From the human T2T-CHM13v2.0 reference genome, Homo sapiens: a DNA stretch of 64,000 nt. The notes under the pieces are model-generated. The model saw nothing but the letters and a program-made list of their open reading frames with translations. It was not told the DNA's origin and searched no databases. The position numbers were made by a program, and so were the translations under genes. Shown here piece after piece: positions 12,101 through 25,546 of this stretch (positions are counted from its first letter, which is position 1; every line of letters starts with the position of its first letter). The DNA is taken from NCBI RefSeq assembly GCF_009914755.1, contig NC_060931.1. One strand, 5' to 3'.

Positions 12101-15100
12101 GCAGTTTGGAAACACTCTGTTTGTAAAGTCTGCAAGTGGATATATGGACCGCATTGAGGCCTTCGTTGGAAACGGGATTTCTTCATTTCATGCTAGACAG
12201 AAGAATTCTCAGTAACTTCTTTGTGCTGTGTGTATTCAACTCACAGAGTGGAACGTCCCTTTGCACAGAGCAGATTTGAAACACTCTTTTTGTGGAGTTT
12301 GCAAGTGGAGATTTCAAGCGATTTGATGCCAACAGTAGAAAAGGAAATATCTTCAAATAAAAACTAGACAGAATCATTCTCAGAAACTACTTTGTGATGT
12401 GTGCCTTCAACTCACAGAGTTTAACCTTTCTTTTCTTAGAGCAGTTTAGAAACACTCTGCTTGTTATGTCTGCAAGTGGATATTTGGACCTCTTTGAGGC
12501 CTTCGTTGCAAACGGGGTTTCTTCCTTTCATGCTAGACTAAGAAGAGTTCTCAGTAACTTTTTTGTGTTGTGTGTATTCAACTCACAGAGTTGAACCTTG
12601 CTTTAGAGAGAGCAGATTTGAAACACTCTTGCTGTGGCATTTTCAGGTGGAGATTTCAAGCGATTTGAGGACAATTGCAGAAAAGGAAATATCTTCGTAT
12701 AATAACCAGACAGAATCATTCTCAGAAAGTGCTTTGTGATGTGTGCGTTCAACTCACAGAGTTTAACCTTTCTTTTCATAGAGGAGTTTGGAAACACACT
12801 GTTTGTAATGTCTGCAATTGGATATATGGACCTGTTTGAGGCCTTCGTTGGAAACGGGATTTCTTCATTGAATGCTAGACGGAAGAATTCTCAGTAAATT
12901 CTTTGTGTTGTGTGCATTCAACTCACAGAGTGGAACGTCCCTTTAGACAGAGCAGATTTGAAACACTTTTTGGCGGAATTTGCAAGTGGAGATTTCTAGC
13001 CATTTGATGCCAACAGTAGAAAGGGAAATATCTTCAAATAAAAACCAGACAGAATCATTCTCAGAAAATTCTTTGTGATGTGTGCGTTCAACTCACATAG
13101 TTTAACCTTTCTTTTCATAGAGCAGTTTGGAAACACTCTGTTTGTAAAGTCTGCAAGTGGATATATGGACCGCATTGAGGCCTTCGTTGGAAACGGGATT
13201 TCTTCATTTCATGCTAGACAGAAGAATTCTCAGTAACTTCTTTGTGCTGTGTGTATTCAACTCACAGAGTGGAACGTCCCTTTACACAGAGCAGATTTGA
13301 AACACTCTTTTTGTGGAGTTTGCAAGTGGAGATTTCAAGCGATTTGATGCCAACAGTAGAAAAGGAAATATCTTCAAATAAAAACTAGACAGAATCATTC
13401 TCAGAAACTACTTTGTGATGTGTGCCTTCAACTCACAGAGTTTAACCTTTCTTTTCTTAGAGCAGTTTAGAAACACTCTGCTTGTTATGTCTGCAAGTGG
13501 ATATTTGGACCTCTTTGAGGCCTTCGTTGCAAACGGGGTTTCTTCCTTTAATGCTAGACTAAGAAGAGTTCTCAGTAACTTTTCTGTGTTGTGTGTATTC
13601 AACTCACAGAGTTGAACCTTGCTTTAGAGAGAGCAGATTTGAAACACTCTCGCTGTGGAATTTTCAGGTGGAGATTTCAAGCGATTTGAGGACAATTGCA
13701 GAAAAGGAAATATCTTCGTATAATAACCAGACAGAATCATTCTCAGAAAGTGCTTTGTGATGTGTGCGTTCAACTCACAGAGTTTAACCTTTCTTTTCAT
13801 AGAGGAGTTTGGAAACACACTCTTTGTAAAGTCTACAATTGGATATATGGACCTGTTTGAGGCCTTCGTTGGAAACGGGATTTCATCATTGAATGCTAGA
13901 CGGAAGGATTCTCAGTAAATTCTTTGTGTTGTGTGCATTCAACTCACAGAGTGGAACGTCCCTTTAGACAGAGCAGATTTGAAACACTCTTTTTGCGGAA
14001 TTTGCAAGTGGAGATTTCTAGCCATTTGATGCCAACAGTAGAAAGGGAAATATCTTCAAATAAAAACCAGACAGAATCATTCTCAGAAAATTCTTTGTGA
14101 TGTGTGCGTTCAACTCACATAGTTTAACCTTTCTTTTCATAGAGCAGTTTGGAAACACTCTGTTTGTAAAGTCTGCAAGTGGATATATGGACCGCATTGA
14201 GGCCTTCGTTGGAAACGGGATTTCTTCATTTCATACTAGACAGAAGAATTCTCAGTAACTTCTTTGTGCTGTGTGTATTCAACTCACAGAGTGGAACGTC
14301 CCTTTGCACAGAGCAGATTTGGAACACTCTTTTTGTGGAGTTTGCTAGTGGAGATTTCAAGCGATTTGATGCCAACAGTAGAAAAGGAAATATCTTCAAA
14401 TAAAAACTAGACAGAATCATTCTCAGAAACTACTTTGTGATGTGTGCCTTTAACTCACAGAGTTTAACCTTTCTTTTCTTAGAGCAGTTTAGAAACACTC
14501 TGCTTGTTATGTCTGCAAGTGGATATTTGGACCTCTTTGAGGCCTTCGTTGCAAACGGGGTTTCTTCCTTTCATGCTAGACTAAGAAGAGTTCTCAGTAA
14601 CTTTTTTGTGTTGTGTGTATTCAACTCACAGAGTTGAACCTTGCTTTAGAGAGAGCAGATTTGAAACACTCTTGCTGTGGCATTTTCAGGTGGAGATTTC
14701 AAGCGATTTGAGGACAATTGCAGAAAAGGAAATATCTTCGTATAATAACCAGACAGAATCATTCTCAGAAAGTGCGTTGTGATGTGTGCGTTCAACTCAC
14801 AGAGTTTAACCTTTCTTTTCATAGAGGAGCTTGGAAACACACTGTTTGTAATGTCTGCAATTGGATATATGGACCTGTTTGAGGCCTCCGTTGGAAACGG
14901 GATTTCTTCATTGAATGCTAGACGGAAGAATTCTCAGTAAATTCTTTGTGTTGTGTGCATTGAACTCACAGAGTGGAACGTCCCTTTAGACAGAGCAGAT
15001 TTGAAAAAACACTCTTTTTGCGGAATTTGCAAGTGGAGATTTCTAGCCATTTGATGTCAACAGTAGAAAGGGAAATATCTTCAAATAAAAACCAGACAGA

Positions 15101-18100
15101 ATCATTCTCAGAAAATTCTTTGTGATGTGTGCGTTCAACTCACATAGTTTAACCTTTCTTTTCATAGAGCAGTTTGGAAACACTCTGTTTGTAAAGTCTG
15201 CAAGTGGATATATGGACCGCATTGAGGCCTTCGTTGGAAACGGGATTTCTTCATTTCATGCTAGACAGAAGAATTCTCAGTAACTTCTTTGTGCTGTGTG
15301 TATTCAACTCACAGAGTGGAACGTCCCTTTGCACAGAGCAGATTTGAAACACTCTTTTTGTGGAGTTTGCAAGTGGAGATTTCAAGCGATTTTATGCCAA
15401 CAGTAGAAAAGGAAATATCTTCAAATAAAAACTAGACAGAATCATTCTCAGAAACTGCTTTGTGATGTGTGCCTTCAACTCACAGAGTTTAACCTTTCTT
15501 TTCTTAGAGCAGTTTAGAAACACTCTGCTTGTTATGTCTGCAAGTGGATATTTGGACCTCTTTGAGGCCTTCGTTGCAAACGGGGTTTCTTCCTTTAATG
15601 CTAGACTAAGAAGAGTTCTCAGTAACTTTTTTGTGTTGTGTGTATTCAACTCACAGAGTTGAACCTTGCTTTAGAGAGAGCAGATTTGAAACACTCTCGC
15701 TGTGGAATTTTCAGGTGGAGATTTCAAGCGATTTGAGGACAATTGCAGAAAAGGAAATATCTTCGTATAATAACCAGACAGAATCATTCTCAGAAAGTGC
15801 TTTGTGATGTGTGCGTTCAACTCACAGAGTTTAACCTTTCTTTTCATAGAGGAGTTTGGAAACACACTGTTTGTAAAGTCTGCAATTGGATATATGGACC
15901 TGTTTGAGGCCTTCGTTGGAAACGGGATTTCTTCATTGAATGCTAGACGGAAGGATTCTCAGTAAATTCTTTGTGTTGTGTGCATTCAACTCACAGAGTG
16001 GAACGTCCCTTTAGACAGAGCAGATTTGAAACACTCTTTTTGCGGAATTTGCAAGTGGAGATTTCTAGCCATTTGATGCCAACAGTAGAAAGGGAAATAT
16101 CTTCAAATAAAAACCAGACAGAATCATTCTCAGAAAATTCTTTGTGATGTGTGCGTTCAACTCACATAGTTTAACCTTTCTTTTCGTAGAGCAGTTTGGA
16201 AACACTCTGTTTGTAAAGTCTGCAAGTGGATATATGGACCGCATTGAGGCCTTCGTTGGAAACGGGATTTCTTCATTTCATACTAGACAGAAGAATTCTC
16301 AGTAACTTCTTTGTGCTGTGTGTATTCAACTCACAGAGTGGAACGTCCCTTTGCACAGAGCAGATTTGAAACACTCTTTTTGTGGAGTTTGCAAGTGGAG
16401 ATTTCAAGCGATTTGATGCCAACAGTAGAAAAGGAAATATCTTCAAATAAAAACTAGACAGAATCATTCTCAGAAACTACTTTGTGATGTGTGCCTTTAA
16501 CTCACAGAGTTTAACCTTTCTTTTCTTAGAGCAGTTTAGAAACACTCTGCTTGTTATGTCTGCAAGTGGATATTTGGACCTCTTTGAGGCCTTCGTTGCA
16601 AACGGGGTTTCTTCCTTTCATGCTAGACTAAGAAGAGTTCTCAGTAACTTTTTTGTGTTGTGTGTATTCAACTCACAGAGTTGAACCTTGCTTTAGAGAG
16701 AGCAGATTTGAAACACTCTTGCTGTGGCATTTTCAGGTGGAGATTTCAAGCGATTTGAGGACAATTGCAGAAAAGGAAATATCTTCGTATAATAACCAGA
16801 CAGAATCATTCTCAGAAAGTGCTTTGTGATGTGTGCGTTCAACTCACAGAGTTTAACCTTTCTTTTCATAGAGGAGTTTGGAAACACACTGTTTGTAAAG
16901 TCTGCAATTGGATATATGGACCTGTTTGAGGCCTCCGTTGGAAACGGGATTTCTTCATTGAATGCTAGACGGAAGAATTCTCAGTAAATTCTTTGTGTTG
17001 TGTGCATTCAACTCACAGAGTGGAACGTCCCTTTAGACAGAGCAGATTTGAAACACTCTTTTTGCGGAATTTGCAAGTGGAGATTTCTAGCCATTTGATG
17101 CCAACAGTAGAAAGGGAAATATCTTCAAATAAAAACCAGACAGAATCATTCTCAGAAAATTCTTTGTGATGTGTGCGTTCAACTCACATAGTTTAACCTT
17201 TCTTTTCATAGAGCAGTTTGGAAACACTCTGTTTGTAAAGTCTGCAAGTGGATATATGGACCGCATTGAGGCCTTCGTTGGAAACGGGATTTCTTCATTT
17301 CATGCTAGACAGAAGAATTCTCAGTAACTTCTTTGTGCTGTGTGTATTCAACTCACAGAGTGGAACGTCCCTTTGCACAGAGCAGATTTGAAACACTCTT
17401 TTTGTGGAGTTTGCAAGTGGAGATTTCAAGCGATTTGATGCCAACAGTAGAAAAGGAAATATCTTCAAATAAAAACTAGACAGAATCATTCTCAGAAACT
17501 ACTTTGTGATGTGTGCCTTCAACTCACAGAGTTTAACCTTTCTTTTCTTAGAGCAGTTTAGAAACACTCTGCTTGTTATGTCTGCAAGTGGATATTTGGA
17601 CCTCTTTGAGGCCTTCGTTGCAAACGGGGTTTCTTCCTTTAATGCAAGACTAAGAAGAGTTCTCAGTAACTTTTTGTGTTGTGTGTATTCAACTCACAGA
17701 GTTGAACCTTGCTTTAGAGAGAGCAGATTTGAAACACTCTTGCTGTGGAATTTTCAGGTGGAGATTTCAAGCGATTTGAGGACAATTGCAGAAAAGGAAA
17801 TATCTTCGTATAATAACCAGACAGAATCATTCTCAGAAAGTGCGTTGTGATGTGTGCGTTCAACTCACAGAGTTTAACCTTTCTTTTCATAGAGGAGCTT
17901 GGAAACACACTGTTTGTAATGTCTGCAATTGGATATATGGACCTGTTTGAGGCCTCCGTTGGAAACGGGATTTCTTCATTGAATGCTAGACGGAAGAATT
18001 CTCAGTAAATTCTTTGTGTTGTGTGCATTGAACTCACAGAGTGGAACGTCCCTTTAGACAGAGCAGATTTGAAACACTTTTTGGCGGAATTTGCAAGTGG

Positions 18101-21100
18101 AGATTTTTAGCCCTTTGATGCCAACAGTAGAAAGGGAAATATCTTCAAATAAAAACCAGACAGAATCATTCTCAGAAAATTCTTTGTGATGTGTGCGTTC
18201 AACTCACATAGTTTAACCTTTCTTTTCATAGAGCAGTTTGGAAACACTCTGTTTGTAAAGTCTGCAAGTGGATATATGGACCGCATTGAGGCCTTCGTTG
18301 GAAACGGGATTTCTTCATTTCATGCTAGACAGAAGAATTCTCAGTAACTTCTTTGTGCTGTGTGTATTCAACTCACAGAGTGGAACGTCCCTTTGCACAG
18401 AGCAGATTTGAAACACTCTTTTTGTGGAGTTTGCAAGTGGAGATTTCAAGCGATTTGATGCCAACAGTAGAAAAGGAAGTATCTTCAAATAAAAACTAGA
18501 CAGAATCATTCTCAGAAACTACTTTGTGATGTGTGCCTTCAACTCACCGAGTTTAACCTTTCTTTTCTGAGAGCAGCTTAGAAACACTCTGCTTGTTATG
18601 TCTGCAAGTTGATATTTGGACCTCTTTGAGGCCTTCGTTGCAAACGGGGATTCTTCCTTTAATGCTAGACTAAGAAGAGTTCTCAGTAACTTTTTTGTGT
18701 TGTGTGTATTCAACTCACAGAGTTGAACCTTGCTTTAGAGAGAGCAGATTTGAAACACTCTTGCTGTGGCATTTTCAGGTGGAGATTTCAAGCGATTTGA
18801 GGACAATTGCAGAAAAGGAAATATCTTCGTATAATAACCAGACAGAATCATTCTCAGAAAGTGCTTTGTGATGTGTGCGTTCAACTCACAGAGTTTAACC
18901 TTTCTTTTCATAGAGGAGTTTGGAAACACACTGTTTGTAATGTCTGCAATTGGATATATGGACCTGTTTGAGGCCTTCGTTGGAAACGGGATTTCTTCAT
19001 TGAATGCTAGACGGAAGAATTCTCAGTAAATTCTTTGTGTTGTGTGCATTCAACTCACAGAGTGGAACGTCCCTTTAGACAGAGCAGATTTGAAACACTT
19101 TTTGGCGGAATTTGCAAGTGGAGATTTCTAGCCATTTGATGCCAACAGTAGAAAGGGAAATATCTTCAAATAAAAACCAGACAGAATCATTCTCAGAAAA
19201 TTCTTTGTGATGTGTGCGTTCAACTCACATAGTTTAACCTTTCTTTTCATAGAGCAGTTTGGAAACACTCTGTTTGTAAAGTCTGCTAGTGGATATATGG
19301 ACCGCATTGAGGCCTTCGTTGGAAACGGGATTTCTTCATTTCATGCTAGACAGAAGAATTCTCAGTAACTTCTTTGTGCTGTGTGTATTCAACTCACAGA
19401 GTGGAACGTCCCTTTGCACAGAGCAGATTTGAAACACTCTTTTTGTGGAGTTTGCAAGTGGAGATTTCAAGCGATTTGATGCCAACAGTAGAAAAGGAAA
19501 TATCTTCAAATAAAAACTAGACAGAATCATTCTCAGAAACTACTTTGTGATGTGTGCCTTCAACTCACAGAGTTTAACCTTTCTTTTCTTAGAGCAGTTT
19601 AGAAACACTCTGCTTGTTATGTCTGCAAGTGGATATTTGGACCTCTTTGAGGCCTTCGTTGCAAACGGGGTTTCTTCCTTTAATGCTAGACTAAGAAGAG
19701 TTCTCAGTAACTTTTTTGTGTTGTGTGTATTCAACTCACAGAGTTGAACCTTGCTTTAGAGAGAGCAGATTTGAAACACTCTCGCTGTGGAATTTTCAGG
19801 TGGAGATTTCAAGCGATTTGAGGACAATTGCAGAAAAGGAAATATCTTCGTATAATAACCAGACAGAATCATTCTCAGAAAGTGCTTTGTGATGTGTGCG
19901 TTCAACTCACAGAGTTTAACCTTTCTTTTCATAGAGGAGTTTGGAAACACACTGTTTGTAAAGTCTGCAATTGGATATATGGACCTGTTTGAGGCCTTCG
20001 TTGGAAACGGGATTTCTTCATTGAATGCTAGACGGAAGGATTCTCAGTAAATTCTTTGTGTTGTGTGCATTCAACTCACAGAGTGGAACGTCCCTTTAGA
20101 CAGAGCAGATTTGAAACACTCTTTTTGCGGAATTTGCAAGTGGAGATTTCTAGCCATTTGATGCCAACAGTAGAAAGGGAAATATCTTCAAATAAAAACC
20201 AGACAGAATCATTCTCAGAAAATTCTTTGTGATGTGTGCGTTCAACTCACATAGTTTAACCTTTCTTTTCATAGAGCAGTTTGGAAACACTCTGTTTGTA
20301 AAGTCTGCAAGTGGATATATGGACCGCATTGAGGCCTTCGTTGGAAACGGGATTTCTTCATTTCATACTAGACAGAAGAATTCTCAGTAACTTCTTTGTG
20401 CTGTGTGTATTCAACTCACAGAGTGGAACGTCCCTTTGCACAGAGCAGATTTGAAACACTCTTTTTGTGGAGTTTGCAAGTGGAGATTTCAAGCGATTTG
20501 ATGCCAACAGTAGAAAAGGAAATATCTTCAAATAAAAACTAGACAGAATCATTCTCAGAAACTACTTTGTGATGTGTGCATTTAACTCACAGAGTTTAAC
20601 CTTTCTTTTCTTAGAGCAGTTTAGAAACACTCTGCTTGTTATGTCTGCAAGTGGATATTTGGACCTCTTTGAGGCCTTCGTTGCAAACGGGGTTTCTTCC
20701 TTTAATGCTAGACTAAGAAGAGTTCTCAGTAACTTTTTTGTGTTGTGTGTATTCAACTCACAGAGTTGAACCTTGCTTTAGAGAGAGCAGATTTGAAACA
20801 CTCTTGCTGTGGCATTTTCAGGTGGAGATTTCAAGCGATTTGAGGACAATTGCAGAAAAGGAAATATCTTCGTATAATAACCAGACAGAATCATTCTCAG
20901 AAAGTGCTTTGTGATGTGTGCGTTCAACTCACAGAGTTTAACCTTTCTTTTCATAGAGGAGTTTGGAAACACACTGTTTGTAAAGTCTGCAATTGGATAT
21001 ATGGACCTGTTTGAGGCCTCCGTTGGAAACGGGATTTCTTCATTGAATGCTAGACGGAAGAAATCTCAGTAAATTCTTTGTGTTGTGTGCATTCAACTCA

Positions 21101-24100
21101 CAGAGTGGAACGTGCCTTTAGACAGAGCAGATTTGAAACACTCTTTTTGCGGAATTTGCAAGTGGAGATTTCTAGCCATTTGATGCCAACAGTAGAAAGG
21201 GAAATATCTTCAAATAAAAACCAGACAGAATCATTCTCAGAAAATTCTTTGTGATGTGTGCGTTCAACTCACATAGTTTAACCTTTCTTTTCATAGAGCA
21301 GTTTGGAAACACTCTGTTTGTAATGTCTGCAAGTGGATATATGGACGGCATTGAGGCCTTCGTTGGAAACGGGATTTCTTCATTTCATGCTAGACAGAAG
21401 AATTCTCAGTAACTTCTTTGTGCTGTGTGTATTCAACTCACAGAGTGGAACGTCCCTTTGCACAGAGCAGATTTGAAACACTCTTTTTGTGGAGTTTGCA
21501 AGTGGAGATTTCAAGCGATTTGATGCCAACAGTAGAAAAGGAAGTATCTTCAAATAAAAACTAGACAGAATCATTCTCAGAAACTACTTTGTGATGTGTG
21601 CCTTCAACTCACCGAGTTTAACCTTTCTTTTCTGAGAGCAGCTTAGAAACACTCTGCTTGTTATGTCTGCAAGTTGATATTTGGACCTCTTTGAGGCCTT
21701 CGTTGCAAACGGGGTTTCTTCCTTTAATGCTAGACTATGAAGAGTTCTCAGTAACTTTTTTGTGTTGTGTGTATTCAACTCACAGAGTTGAACCTTGCTT
21801 TAGAGAGAGCAGATTTGAAACACTCTTGCTGTGGCATTTTCAGGTGGAGATTTCAAGCGATTTGAGGACAATTGCAGAAAAGGAAATATCTTCGTATAAT
21901 AACCAGACAGAATCATTCTCAGAAAGTGCTTTGTGATGTGTGCGTTCAACTCACAGAGTTTAACCTTTCTTTTCATAGAGGAGTTTGGAAACACACTGTT
22001 TGTAATGTCTGCAATTGGATATATGGACCTGTTTTAGGCCTTCGTTGGAAACGGGATTTCTTCATTGAATGCTAGACGGAAGAATTCTCAGTAAATTCTT
22101 TGTGTTGTGTGCATTCAACTCACAGAGTGGAACGTCCCTTTAGACAGAGCAGATTTGAAACACTTTTTGGCGGAATTTGCAAGTGGAGATTTCTAGCCAT
22201 TTGATGCCAACAGTAGAAAGGGAAATATCTTCAAATAAAAACCAGACAGAATCATTCTCAGAAAATTCTTTGTGATGTGTGCGTTCAACTCACATAGTTT
22301 AACCTTTCTTTTCATAGAGCAGTTTGGAAACACTCTGTTTGTAAAGTCTGCAAGTGGATATATGGACCGCATTGAGGCCTTCGTTGGAAACGGGATTTCT
22401 TCATTTCATGCTAGACAGAAGAATTCTCAGTAACTTCTTTGTGCTGTGTGTATTCAACTCACAGAGTGGAACGTCCCTTTGCACAGAGCAGATTTGAAAC
22501 ACTCTTTTTGTGGAGTTTGCAAGTGGAGATTTCAAGCGATTTGATGCCAACAGTAGAAAAGGAAATATCTTCAAATAAAAACTAGACAGAATCATTCTCA
22601 GAAACTACTTTGTGATGTGTGCCTTCAACTCACAGAGTTTAACCTTTCTTTTCTTAGAGCAGTTTAGAAACACTCTGCTTGTTATGTCTGCAAGTGGATA
22701 TTTGGACCTCTTTGAGGCCTTCGTTGCAAACGGGGTTTCTTCCTTTCATGCTAGACTAAGAAGAGTTCTCAGTAACTTTTTTGTGTTGTGTGTATTCAAC
22801 TCACAGAGTTGAACCTTGCTTTAGAGAGAGCAGATTTGAAACACTCTTGCTGTGGCATTTTCAGGTGGAGATTTCAAGCGATTTGAGGACAATTGCAGAA
22901 AAGGAAATATCTTCGTATAATAACCAGACAGAATCATTCTCAGAAAGTGCTTTGTGATGTGTGCGTTCAACTCACAGAGTTTAACCTTTCTTTTCATAGT
23001 GGAGTTTGGAAACACACTGTTTGTAAAGTCTGCAAGTGGATATATGGACCTGTTTGAGGCCTTCGTTGGAAACGGGATTTCTTCATTGAATGCTAGACGG
23101 AAGAATTCTCAGTAAATTCTTTGTGTTGTGTGCATTCAACTCACAGAGTGGAACGTCCCTTTAGACAGAGCAGATTTGAAACACTCTTTTTGCGGAATTT
23201 GCAAGTGGAGATTTCTAGCCATTTGATGCCAACAGTAGAAAGGGAAATATCTTCAAATAGAAACCAGACAGAATCATTCTCAGAAAATTCTTTGTGATGT
23301 GTGCGTTCAACTCACATAGTTTAACCTTTCTTTTCATAGAGCAGTTTGGAAACACTCTGTTTGTAAAGTCTGCAAGTGGATATATGGACCGCATTGAGGC
23401 CTTCGTTTGAAACGGGATTTCTTCATTTCATGCTAGACAGAAGAATTCTCAGTAACTTCTTTGTGCTGTGTGTATTCAACTCACAGAGTGGAACGTCCCT
23501 TTACACAGAGCAGATTTGAAACACTCTTTTTGTGGAGTTTGCAAGTGGAGATTTCAAGCGATTTGATGCCAACAGTAGAAAAGGAAATATCTTCAAATAA
23601 AAACTAGACAGAATCATTCTCAGAAACTACTTTGTGATGTGTGCCTTCAACTCACAGAGTTTAACCTTTCTTTTCTTAGAGCAGTTTAGAAACACTCTGC
23701 TTGTTATGTCTGCAAGTGGATATTTGGACCTCTTTGAGGCCTTCGTTGCAAACGGGGTTTCTTCCTTTCATGCTAGACTAAGAAGAGTTCTCAGTAACTT
23801 TTTTGTGTTGTGTGTATTCAACTCACAGAGTTGAACCTTGCTTTAGAGAGAGCAGATTTGAAACACTCTTGCTGTGGCATTTTCAGGTGGAGATTTCAAG
23901 CGATTTGAGGACAATTGCAGAAAAGGAAATATCTTCGTATAATAACCAGACAGAATCATTCTCAGAAAGTGCTTTGTGATGTGTGGGTTCAACTCACAGA
24001 GTTTAACCTTTCTTTTCATAGAGGAGTTTGGAAACACACTGTTTGTAAAGTCTGCAAGTGGATATATGGACCTGTTTGAGGCCTTCGTTGGAAACGGGAT

Positions 24101-24864
24101 TTCTTCATTGAATGCTAGACGGAAGAATTCTCAGTAAATTCTTTGTGTTGTGTGCATTCAACTCACAGAGTGGAACGTCCCTTTAGACAGAGCAGATTTG
24201 AAACACTCTTTTTGCGGAATTTGCAAGTGGAGATTTCTAGCCATTTGATGCCAACAGTAGAAAGGGAAATATCTTCAAATAAAAACCAGACAGAATCATT
24301 CTCAGAAAATTCTTTGTGATGTGTGCGTTCAACTCACATAGTTTAACCTTTCTTTTCATAGAGCAGTTTGGAAACACTCTGTTTGTAAAGTCTGCAAGTG
24401 GATATATGGACCGCATTGAGGCCTTCGTTGGAAACGGGATTTCTTCATTTCATACTAGACAGAAGAATTCTCAGTAACTTCTTTGTGCTGTGTGTATTCA
24501 ACTCACAGAGTGGAACGTCCCTTTGCACAGAGCAGATTTGAAACACTCTTTTTGTGGAGTTTGCTAGTGGAGATTTCAAGCGATTTGATGCCAACAGTAG
24601 AAAAGGAAATATCTTCAAATAAAAACTAGACAGAATCATTCTCAGAAACTACTTTGTGATGTGTGCCTTCAACTCACAGAGTTTAACCTTTCTTTTCTTA
24701 GAGCAGTTTAGAAACACTCTGCTTGTTATGTCTGCAAGTGGATATTTGGACCTCTTTGAGGCCTTCGTTGCAAACGGGGTTTCTTCCTTTCATGCTAGAC
24801 TAAGAAGAGTTCTCAGTAACTTTTTTGTGTTGTGTGTATTCAACTCACAGAGTTGAACCTTGCT

Positions 24865-25546
24865 TTAGAGAGAGCAGATTTGAAACACTCTTGCTGTGGC
24901 ATTTTCAGGTGGAGATTTCAAGCGATTTGAGGACAATTGCAGAAAAGGAAATATCTTCGTATAATAACCAGACAGAATCATTCTCAGAAAGTGCTTTGTG
25001 ATGTGTGCGTTCAACTCACAGAGTTTAACCTTTCTTTTCATAGAGGAGATTGGAAACACACTGTTTGTAATGTCTGCAATTGGATATATGGACCTGTTTG
25101 AGGCCTTCGTTGGAAACGGGATTTCTTCATTGAATGCTAGACAGAAGAATTCTCAGTAACTTCTTTGTGCTGTGTGTATTCAACTCACAGAGTGGAACGT
25201 CCCTTTGCACAGAGCAGATTTGAAACACTCTTTTTGTGGAGTTTGCTAGTGGAGATTTCAAGCGATTTGATGCCAACAGTAGAAAAGGAAATATCTTCAA
25301 ATAAAAACTAGACAGAATCATTCTCAGAAACTACTTTGTGATGTGTGCCTTTAACTCACAGAGTTTAACCTTTCTTTTCATAGAGCAGTTTGGAAACACT
25401 CTGTTTGTAAAGTCTGCAAGTGGATATTTGGACCTCTTTGAGGCCTTCGTTGCAAACGGGGTTTCTTCCTTTCATGCTAGACTAAGAAGAGTTCTCAGTA
25501 ACTTTTTTGTGTTGTGTGTATTCAACTCACAGAGTTGAACCTTGCT
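24865..25546 (+). repeat. 4-mer HOR structural variant (682 bp; 340-bp dimer deleted), copy 1
   Basis: Marker spacing 24865 to 25547 is 682 bp. The hybrid junction CATTGAATGCTAGAC|AGAAGAATTCTCAGTAACTTC is at about 25134-25142. Confidence 0.95.

Noticed and set aside
23401-23417. CENP-B box variant CTTCGTTTGAAACGGGA (also ~33623) as a broken box
   Set aside because: The change is at a non-core position, so the TTCG, A and CGGG core is intact.
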